A DNA stretch of 32,354 nt from contig JAHLWZ010000352.1 in assembly GCA_020536535.1 (NCBI GenBank), positions 1 to 32,354 of the forward strand. Reading direction: 5' to 3'. The notes below the pieces were generated by a model, which was not told the origin of the DNA, did not search any database, and was given only the letters and a program-made list of their open reading frames with translations. A program made the position numbers and the translations under genes. This DNA is from Pelomyxa schiedti (taxonomy: Eukaryota > Protista > Evosea). This document shows, in pieces, positions 21,301 through 31,025 of the stretch. How positions within the stretch are numbered: position 1 is the stretch's first letter; each line of letters starts with the position of its first letter.

Positions 21301-24300
21301 CATTGCTCTTTCGCATATACATTCTATCGGACTTGTTTTAGGAGTTCAACTAGCCAGTCGTGATCTCCAGAAGAAACAACAGACAATATTTGATCACATT
21401 TGGCTGTCAGTATTTGGATGTCTGTGAATTGTTGAGCCAGGCTACAAGGAGTGGGGCCAAAAAAAAAAAAAGCAAACCTTCAGACTCGGAAGAAAACCAT
21501 AAGGACTGAAATATCTCTAGTACGTGAGCCTATGAAGAATGTTTGTACGAGTGTGGATGAACAAAATTTGCCTTTACCCTAATGCTACTTTCAACATCAG
21601 TGGTTCTCTTTACAAGCATTGTGCAGATATCCTTTACAATGGGGGCTAAAGGATTGCTCATGCAGACTGATTGGCATATTTGCACAACCCGTTTGCGAAC
21701 ACTGACTGAATTATCCTTATTGTAATTATGAGAGGGTTACATATAGGTTTTGTGCAAAGAAACCTTGCTGAGATTTGAAAAAGATGGGAAGTAAAGGTTC
21801 ATAACGTCGTTGTTATGTAATAAATGCTTCGATACTAATTCGAGAGTTGCAGAACGCACACTTGGGGCAGTATCAGTGAGACACTTCTGTATCGCTGTCT
21901 TTACCCATGCCTGTGTTATTTTTAAGAAACCTAAAAAATTACTTGTTAAGGTAGTACATTCGCAATCACAGAGGGATCCACAGTGGCTAGCAGTGAGAGT
22001 GCCTTTATAGAGGCAGCCCGAAACCTTATAGCTGTATCACTCAGTGGCTAAAGGGTGCTCAGTAAATCAAATTTAGACCAAAGACTCGGACCTTCACAAG
22101 ACACGAAATAATCAAGTCAACATTTTGATGTAGGGCACGTGAGGACGCGAAATATCGTGTAACCTCAATAATGCGCTCTCGGCGGAGATTGGGTAAACCA
22201 GGAACGGCCACGCTTAATAGAATTAGGAAGAGAGGCGCGAGGGAGGGACCTCACTGTTGTATTTCCTCTTGGTATTTCAGAAATTTTTGGAAGAACTCCC
22301 TACGATCGGAGGAGCCTGAATCAAGTTTTGAGGCTGGAAACCACTGCCTGGAGTTTGCGTCAGAGCGAAAGAAAAAATCTAAATGTCCAAACCCAAGATA
22401 AAAGTGCGATGAAAATAGAAGGCAAGGGTCTGTTTGTGTCCTGGCTTGCATATGTGTAACAAGTGAAATTCGCAAGATGTCTTCATGCCCTATCTCTGGG
22501 ATTTCATCCTTGTGTGGTGAAACAGTATTAGAAGAAGGAAAAAATTGTCACTGCAAAACCTCAGGATGGCTAGAATGCTCACACCAGAAGTCCTCCCACA
22601 TCTGCTTTATAGTTGACTCAAATTCACAGTCCCCGCAAATCCACTCTGCAGGGGCTTCATTGACATTTATTCCGCTACATGTCCCATGAAAGAACCTTTC
22701 AGACATTAATGAAAACCTTGGTTTTTCGCTCTTTCTGGTACCTGCAGCATTCATCACATTGTATCATCAGAGAATCAAAACTTGCAGAACAGTGTGGACA
22801 CAACCCTTCATTGTACTCTTCACCTTTCTTGCGCAGCTTAGCGGAATGTTGATGTAAAACAACATTACTTACCGGAGATACAACAAACTGTGATGTGAGG
22901 AGAAGTTCTTTCTTTAGTTTTACAGCTATGGTGCTCAATGCATCCATCAGGAAAAGTCTCATAGAGGCACTCAATGGCGCATTAGTTGGACTGGAATTTC
23001 TACTTGTACGTTAGCTAACACAAACGCAATTGAGACATACTTTGAAAGTGAATTGATTGCTAAATGAGTAAAAACTTGAAGCATCAACTCAGAGGCAGGC
23101 CATTCTGGGCTATTGAGAGTGCACAGCAAGTCATTTACCAGCATATCGACCACAGCTTTCATTATTGATTCACCTTCCTTGCTTGCTGAACAAAATCTGA
23201 AAGAGTTCGACAATTACATGACAGGGCTATAGGGGGGAAAAGTCTACTGTGAGAATATATTGGAGACAAAATCTTGGCAGCAGAGGACAGATCCCTCGAA
23301 AGTGCAAAACTGCATAGCTCCAACCTGTATGCCAGTTAGTAGTAGTATGAAATATATGCATGACCATACAGAGGCTAATGTGACACTGTCGCGAGTGGAA
23401 GGAACGCACGCCCATTGGATCAACTGCAGAGCTACAGCTGACATAATGTGAATGGTTTCATTACTGTCTTTCAGCCTGGGAGTAATTAGTGTAACGAGAA
23501 AACAAAAAAACAATATCAGACCTAAATGTGCTGTGTGTGAGTTTCCATTTGGGAAGATTTTTAAGGGAAGCTATCAGTTCCTCAAATAATTGTTTCCTGT
23601 GGCGGGGATAACGACAGAATACCTAGAGATGGGGGCTCTCAATAAAAAAAAAGTCATTCGAAACAATGCCAGACTCACATTCCTTACTGTCTTCATTGCG
23701 GAAAGATGTATTGTATCTGCACCATCTACAACAAAAGAGTTCATGCATGTGCTTGTAGCCTTCAGATGGGTTAATGAAGGTAGGAAAGAGAGGAAAAACC
23801 AGAAGAATGCAATTGTCAGTAATATTTGACTGAAGCAGAAAGGAACTAAAGACATCCAGAATTGCCACGATCTGATGCAGGCCGGTTGCTTTTAACTGGC
23901 TTTTTCAGATTCAAAGAAATACCTTATTGGAAAGTGCTGACACAATTGACCTTTTCACTGTTAATACACTCACGTTTTCTAAAATAAAACATACTTTTTT
24001 ATCTTTCTGAACTTTTCTTTACCTTTTGGTTTATCACCTGTATGAATGCGAATTACTTTGTGTCACGCTCCCAGGTTAGTCATACCAGTGTCATTAGTTG
24101 AAGTTGGATCAATAACGGCGAAGAGATGGCTTGATACATTCTTTACCATTGTAAGAGTTTGTTCTATTACCTATTACCAGATAAGTTTTGATTAGAATAA
24201 TAATAATATTACCTCCTCAACGATTACGGCTGCAGGCATTGAATCAGCAGCCATGATAGTCATGGCCGCCAAGCCCATCTGCACTGCACACATCACGTCC

Positions 24301-25950
24301 TTGTTGAGCAATGAGTTTCCAGGTTTGAAGTAGCACTGAAAACCTCTGTAATGGCAAGTTCATTGGCGGAACTGCTATAGGGCTTTGGAGTCGCAGTATG
24401 GAGCAGGTTGACACAAGTATTTTGTAACCAAGAAACTAGATGAGGAATGGGAAAGCCCAAGAGGCACTGGGAATTTTTTTTGCAGAGTCTCGTTATTTCT
24501 TGGTTGAGATCATTCAAAGATGTTTCTGAAAGAATCTCAGTGCTGTTATGGTTTGGAGATTAATATAGAGTGTACCTGTTAAATCTTCAACTGGAATATC
24601 AAACAAATTGCGTAGTTGGAGTAAGTCATCGGGTACCTCTTCATATTGAGTCCGTTAGTAAAGTTGGCTTGTTTTGGTGAGAGATTGATTACCTGAAGAG
24701 TGTGTCCTGCGGGCAAACACTTTGGGGCCTTCCCTGGTTTGTTGCGATGGCACAGTACATTGAACCTGTTGCTCACTGGCAGTAACGTTTGAAAGGGTTC
24801 GTCGTGTGTCTGTGGGAGAATTTTGTTCCAGTATACAATTTTCTTGTTGGCTCTCTGTGTTGTCTGTAGGTGATTCTTGAAAAAGTTGACTGGACTTCCT
24901 AGGGGTAAGGGGGTGGCCCTGCTTGGTTTTTGAATGTGACAGGCGTGGGGATGCAATGGAAGAAATCTTGCGAGTAATTCGTGGGGAGACCAACAAAACC
25001 TCCCTCTTTTCCACAGAGTTGTGATTGTTGCTGTTATTATCTGTTGCATATTCTCTGCTAGCACAGTTTTGGTGAGCAGTGTTTTGTTCATAATGCAGTG
25101 GGATGGCATCATCAAAGCTGAGACGCGTTGGCGACAGCAGGGGAGGAGCAGGAGAAGTCACCAGTGCTGTCATCCTCCCCGTCCGCGGTGACTTCGGAGG
25201 CGGTGTGGAGAATGAGCGCGATAAAGACGGCCGCCGAGCGGGTGACTGTGCAGGATTGTCTGTTGCACCAAATGCACTGGCGCGGCGGTCACCACAAGAA
25301 CAAGAGCTCCGCGGAGAATCACATCCCACGCACCTCGCAGCAGCAACAATCCCCGACACCGGCCGCATCCTCAACACAGAGTGTGGCAAACTAGCACATC
25401 CCAGCCCCTCATCAACTCCGCCAATCCCAACGCCAATCTCAACGCCACTCGCAAATCTCACACTCCTGGGGCCACCACCACCACCACGCCTGTGGCTCAG
25501 AGGCGGCGAAGGCGGCGGCGAGACGGCCGCCGCATCCCCGCAAGGGAAGCCGTCGCCGCCATCGCCTGGAGACAGCAGCGGCGCCAGCGGCGAGCACGGC
25601 GGCACCGAAGGGAGCACGCACGGGGGCGGCGGCGGGGCCAGCGACGTGGTGCTGTGCCGCCGCGTCAGGGGCGCCCCGGGCGTGCGCGAAAGCGACCGCG
25701 GGTGCGGCGCGATCCCGGGGGTCGTGGTGGTTGTGCTGGCCGCCGCGCGGCGCGACGAGTGCGGCGGCGGCGTCGCGGGCGCGGGAGCAGGAGACGAGGG
25801 ATGATGCGGAGGAGGAGGAGGAGCAGCGGAGATCTGGTGAGGTACAGTGACAGGCGGCCGCGAGTTTGGGTGTTGCGGTGACGACACGGAAGAAGAAGAG
25901 GAGGAGGAGTGCAGGGGGCGGACTTGGTTGTCAAGATCTGGCGTCCTCAT
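18385..25950 (-). CDS. Large multi-exon gene: ~420-aa disordered Ser/Pro-rich N-terminus, PHD-type zinc fingers and long helical (HEAT/ARM-like) repeat region; possibly a Scc2/Nipped-B-like cohesin loader (tentative)
   Basis: Exon 1 is plus 24693-25950. ATG at 25950..25948 gives MRTPDLDNQVRPLHSSSSSSSVSSPQHPNSRPP..., a proline- and serine-rich region, ending at a GTAATC donor (phase 1). Further minus-strand coding blocks: 23574-23855; 22971-23213 (VVDMLVNDLLCTLNSPEWPASELMLQVFTHLAINSL); 22699-22974 (LCPHCSASFDSLMIQCDECCRYQKE) and 22548-22757 (FHGTCSGINVNEAPAEWICGDCEF), both PHD-like Cys4-His-Cys3 patterns; 20769-21170 and 20369-20728 (SLYILGTLCKYFNFNERGILQTIK; helical repeats); 20101-20502; 19159-19425. 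The last exon, about 18385-18972, encodes a basic/acidic tail (RRRTSPAVRKPRVTKPRATTTTRRVPAKRARKPITDDDEDEEYQPDNDEDD) with a stop at 18385. Internal exon boundaries were not resolved. The family assignment is a guess from architecture (disordered N-terminus, then PHD, then HEAT) and a remembered LGxLCR.F(D/N)F-like motif. Confidence 0.55.
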
Positions 25951-26675
25951 CTTGTGTGTGCACGACGAGCAACAAAACGAAATAAAATAAAATGTTGTGT
26001 GGCTTGACACGCCGCTTTCTGTGTGTGCCTTTTCACAGGATAATTTCTGATCTCCAGGATCTCCATTGGGGCCTCAGAGGGCTCAGGCCACACTTAGGAG
26101 TTCTCACTGCCGTTCAGATCTTGCAAGAAGAGGGAAGCCCAACACATTTTGTTGAGGTGGGACGGTTTTGATCAACCCGGCGATTTCGCCAAATTTTCCG
26201 GTGCGCACTGTCATTAGAAGAAGGTCGGGTGCATAAAGACATGAACGAAGGAACGTTTTTTCTTTCTCACAGGTTGAATGTCTTTCCTTGTGGTGGGTTA
26301 ATAGAAAACCCAAAAAAACTCTCAGCAGACTAACCAAACATAATAAAAAAAAGTTGTAGTGAAGGTACAGGGTTGTGGTGAAGAATGAAGACCTTGGTTC
26401 CTGGCGTGAATAGCAACAGGGTGTCAGACGCATCAACATCTGATGATGGTGGAGGCGATTTGGAGGATGGTTCTGCTGCTGTGGAAATGTGCAAGTTCAC
26501 TGGAAGCACTGCCAGTATTCATTTGAACGGAATTGGACGCCCAATTGAATCCAGTCAGATAATTAAAAGGAGAGGGTAGGATTTTACCTTTTTTTTCTTT
26601 TATTTACAGTATTGTTGTTAACTCTTTTTTTTTTTTGTTGTTGTTTGCAGTAAGCTTGCAGGAGCGTTCTCGCTT

Positions 26676-29598
26676 ATGGCCGTTGTTCCTCTCGTTGCTG
26701 CTCTAGTAGTTGTTATAATTATCGCTGTCAGTTTGGCACCTACTACTGCTCTGTGGGTGGCCTCCCTGCGTTCTCTGAGTGGGACCTGTTCTTCCAGCAT
26801 TTCAAAGGTTATCACCGCAACACTATTTATTTAGTTTGGATTAACTTTCATGTAGGAGATGGATGTTTACCGAAACCTTCTGGTTGAAAAGAGCGTCTCC
26901 AATATCTCTTCGCATATGAGCATCCCTCCCACAGTAGCCTACGTTGTACAAATTTCCCTTCCTGAGGCAGCATACACGTCGCCGGTCCCTTTACACACAG
27001 ACCATAGTGTGTTCCAGTCTGTGTTCCGGGGTCTGGCCAAGCACTTCTCAGCAATCAATAACATGGTATTCATTTCTATCGACCAATCACAGATTCTAAC
27101 CCCCAAAAAGTTCGTCGGATGGGTAAATGACCAAGGAGAACACTTTTACATTGACAGGCAACAAACATGGGGAATGTATGACAGTTGCGTCGATTCCAAC
27201 ATATCACTCTTTTACATTCGCAACGGGGAAGCCACAAATGAAAAGGCAGCACCTGTCACAAACTACAACCTCACAGTAAGAGCTTGGTGGTATGGATATG
27301 GTTCCATTGTATATATGGGCCTAACGGAAAAAAACAAGGACAACGGGGCTTTCGGCATGGACTGGGTCCTGGACATCTGTATATATGTCGGTCAATCCGG
27401 ACGATGGAAGACTCATAGGATATACCCTGAGGCCTCCTTTTGATGTGCCTGTTGTCATACAAGTGACTTACAGCACTGCATTCCTCCAAGAATTCTTCAA
27501 GAACTTCAACCTCACAAAGCACGGCCTTGCCTTCTTGCTGGAGAATGGATCTCTGAAAATTGTAGCAGGGACAACAGGCATTCCCATTCTTACTGATACC
27601 GGGGGAGATACTTTCGCCCTTACCTCCACTGATGACACTGTCAGGGATGCAGCAGCAAAGGTGATCCCTCTAATCCTTCATTCTCCAATTGTGACTTCCG
27701 CAGTGGTTGAACATGACTGGCCCCACTCCAGTTGAAAGTCATTTCACTATGATGATGGTGGAGGAAGGAATATCCTTTGTAGATGTAGTTCCAATTACTG
27801 CAAGTGGCGGGCTGGTACTGTGGCTATTCCTGGTCACGCCAGAGAAGGTTTCCTAATTCAATTCCTATTTATGGTCTGACTGGTCCATAGGATTTCATGC
27901 AAGAAATTCAAGAGGAGCAAACTACCGCTGTGGACGACGCATACTTCTCCCTGTGGGTAGTACTGGGCGTAGAAGTAGTCATTGCCATCCTAGCTGTTGT
28001 GATTAGTATTACTTTAGCACTTGTTCTTGCTCGAGCCCTCTCGGCAGTTATAAGCAAACTCAAAAAAGTTTCAAGTGGACAGTTGACAAAGTAAGCTACA
28101 ATTTATTCTCTCTTTTCTTTCTTACATAAAATAGGAGGCAGAGTAGCAACGACCTCAAGACTAGCATGTTGCGAGAAATTGACTCGGTACATTGCTCTTT
28201 AGGCCTCCCTTTTTCTCTTATTCCCTCTCAGCTGAACTCTGAAGTTACAAGCATGCAATCGGCGTTGGAGTCTTTCAGCCAGTAAGTCTCCTTATCCCGT
28301 TTTTCCCACCCTAATAGTGCCCACAGATATGTTCCAACTCAAGTCGTTCGGTAACAGAATTTCCGCAAGATCACCCAGAGTCTAACCCTTGCTTCAGATA
28401 CCTGTGCAAGAATCACATGAAACCAATTGTTGGGGTAACCAAAATGCACTGCACTGTGATGTTTCTGGACATTGTTGATTTCGTAGGTATTTCTTTATGG
28501 TTTTTAACACTGACTGGTCTCTAGACACATACTATGGAACAATATGGTGCTCAAACTGTGCTGGACATCCTTTCCACAATGTTTGAATCATTTTCTACAA
28601 TTATTTCTAAGAACGACGGGTGCATTGATAAGGTAGCCACTTCACAAGACATTTCTCCCTTCTAATTCTTCTCTCACACCAGTATATCGGTGATGCCATC
28701 ATGGTGAGTATTGAAACACTTTTCTTTTCATTCTGAAAGCACAATGTAGGCATTATGGGGATGTCCTGTGGTTGATCCCAACTCCGAATTGAAAGCTTGT
28801 CACGCCATCGCTGAGATTTTAGCCGATTTAGATAGAATAAATGTCATTTTCAAAACGAAGTCTTACCCGACAATGCGCATTCGTATTGGGGTAAGTTATA
28901 CCATACCCCTTAGGATAACGTATTTACGTTTTCTTGCAGCTTCACTCTGGAGAAGTGAACGCCGGAAATGTTGGGTATCAAAAAACAATTCAAGCTTCCC
29001 AACCAACTGACTAACATTTCACCAGATCAAGTCAAAGACTCAACTTCACGGTCCTAGGTTATTGTCTCTTGTTGTGCATGCATTACCTTACATTTACTAG
29101 GAAGCACTGTCAATTTGGCCAGCAGATTAGAACCTCTAAATAAAGAACTGCACACCTCAGTTCTTGTAACTGATTCTATCAGAGATGCTGTCTGGGCCGC
29201 TACCAATAGTGAGATATTTACATGGCGGGCCATTGGTCACATTCAGGTACCACTTCATTCTCCTGCTGATAGCATCGCTCACTTCATACAAGGTACGCGG
29301 AATCAAAGTACCTGTCCTCGTCCATGAATTCTTGGGCTTCACAGCAAAGTATGCTTCATTTCGATTTCCAACAGTACTTACAATATTTTAAATCGGCAGT
29401 TTAAGTGAGCAGACCGCCAGAATGGTGAAGAACTATTCCGGAATTGACCGCATGCTCTACCACGGCAAGAAAGGCGCTGCTCCAGCGGACATTACAACAG
29501 CCATTGATGAATATCTTGAAGATAACCCTGATGACTTCGCTGCTACGCAGGCCAGAAAGATGCTCGCAAATATTCGTGCCTCTTTTCACGCCCATTGA
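26676..29598 (+). CDS. Receptor-type class III adenylyl/guanylyl cyclase: signal peptide, extracellular domain, one TM helix, catalytic domain; multi-exon
   Basis: Exon 1, 26676-26807: MAVVPLVAALVVVIIIAVSLAPTTALWVASL..., a signal peptide. Exon 2 from 26856, and exon 3 to 27660 (the 2/3 junction near 27390/27419 would be a 28-nt intron, uncertain): an extracellular domain of about 270 aa. TM exon about 27885-28088: DDAYFSLWVVLGVEVVIAILAVVISITLALVLARALSAVISKLKK. Linker exons: EIDS|LNSEVTSMQSALESFSQ. Catalytic domain: YLCKNHMKPIVGVTKMHCTVMFLDIVDF|THTMEQYGAQTVLDILSTMFESFSTIISKNDGCIDK|YIGDAIM|...TMRIRIG|LHSGEVNAGNVG...STVNLASRLEPLNKELHTSVLVTDSIRDAVWAATNSEIFTWRAIGHIQ. The class III hallmarks FxDIVxFT, IGDxxM, GxHxGxVxxGxVG and TVNxASRxE are present, and both metal-binding Asp are present. 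The last exon ends ...DNPDDFAATQARKMLANIRASFHAH with TGA at 29596-29598. Most internal exon boundaries are approximate. Confidence 0.8.
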
Positions 29599-29836
29599 TC
29601 AAACATTACCATTTTTTTACAAAATTCTACCCTATCCACATTTGTTTAAAAAAAAAAAGATATCCATAAATTCTTTTATATTTCTGACTGGGTTCCGAAT
29701 TTGTGGGAATAGATAGAATCATCAGTTGGAGAGTAGCAGTGTGGAACCTTGTAGGCGATGAGACTGCATGAGGTTCTCAGAATGAGAGTCAATCCCATCT
29801 TTTGCCCAAGATCTGTGGTTCATATGTAAACATAGG

Positions 29837-30835
29837 TCAGAATACTGTAAATGAATGGAAGAGAAACATACGTAAGGTGCTGTTAGTAGGATGAAGACAT
29901 GACCCAAAGAAAGCAGCATTCATAGTCTTAAGGGAAACACTCGTAGTGACAGGTTTCTCGGCACCCCAGTTACAACCTTTGATATTGGTTTTTTGGTTAT
30001 AGAAAATTGGGAAGGAAAGTACCAATAGTTTGGCACCAGATAGTAGCGTTACGCTCGTTGTTGGTGAAACAGAACATATTTTCATGTCCAAATAATCGAA
30101 GAGTGACTGGGCCGGTGCACCGTTTTTTATAGTTCTTCAGCAGGACTTTCATATGACTGGGGTCATAAAGTTGAGTTTTGGCCTGGGAAGGTATTTGGTT
30201 GGATATAAAAGACAATTAACAAACTGGGTGATCTGGGAGGTCAAACATTTGCAGGGTGTTAGCCACATCTACGGAGTAGGGCGTTATCGGAACCCATGTT
30301 CTCCTGTTGTTATTATGAAAAAGGAGGATTTCCTTCCCAGTAGGATCTTTGCTCAGGTTAAGGTAAATTTTCTGCGAGGATAATGTTTGCCTCATATCAA
30401 AATGACCAAACAACATACCTCCTCTTTGCTGAAAAAGCTAAGTGCTGATTTTATGGAGCTGGGATTAACATCAAAAACAACGCGATTATATTTGGCCGCA
30501 CTGTCACACAGCTCCAAGTTAAGAACCGATCCCTAAAGTAAATAAATCCAAGTGCACAACAAAGAGGGAAAAATAAAAAATAAAAAAAAGGAAGAAATAC
30601 ATACGATTTCAGCTTGAACCCAGACTTTGACCAAGGGTTCATCAACAAGCATGCACAGGGTTTTTTGAAAAGGTGATATGAGCATGGCAACTGCCCCCTG
30701 CTTCTTCACCTTGCGCACACAATCACACATCCCTTTTTGTTGGGGGGAAAAACCAGTTAACCAGTGCACTGTGGGCGATAACAACATTATACCATTGAGA
30801 ATGCCTACGCCGACAATCGAAGCTTTAAATCGCAT
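29837..30835 (-). CDS. Hypothetical protein, 5 exons, no family recognised
   Basis: Minus strand. ATG at 30835 (in-frame TAA upstream). Exons in plus coordinates: 30605-30835 (MRFKASIVGVGILNGIMLLSPTVHWLTGFSPQQKGMCDCVRKVKKQGAVAMLISPFQKTLCMLVDEPLVKVWVQAEI), 30419-30532 (GSVLNLELCDSAAKYNRVVFDVNPSSIKSALSFFSKEE), 30225-30371 (KIYLNLSKDPTGKEILLFHNNNRRTWVPITPYSVDVANTLQMFDLPDHP), 30023-30182 (AKTQLYDPSHMKVLLKNYKKRCTGPVTLRLFGHENMFCFTNNERNATIWCQTI), about 29837-29976 (GCNWGAEKPVTTSVSLKTMNAAFFGSCLHPTNSTLRMFLFHSFTVF, stop at 29837). Introns are 70, 47, 42 and 46 nt, GT-AG and phase-consistent. The 3' end is the least certain part; a further splice near 29870 is possible. Confidence 0.55.
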
Positions 30836-31025
30836 TACAACTACTATGGACAGAATCGTTGAGTGTCACTGTTTCACTACAAACACTGGCGCCAAATTAT
30901 GGGGCGAGTAAGCACCACGTAGTCCCATCGCCCTCGTCTGTCTGTAACAAAAACAACTTCGCCGAAACCGTATAACCTTTGCCCGAACCGTCACGACTAC
31001 CTCCCCCACAACAACAGCGCCGCCG

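Noticed and set aside
25103-25934. Plus-strand ORFs 25103-25804 (233 aa) and 25381-25881 (166 aa), and minus-strand ORF 25665-25934
   Set aside because: The two plus-strand ORFs are antisense to the Ser/Pro-rich first exon (24693-25950) of the large minus-strand gene. The minus-strand ORF 25665-25934 is an out-of-frame, Arg/Pro-rich reading of that same exon. Only the minus-strand frame from the ATG at 25950 has a start context and ends at a consensus GTAATC donor.
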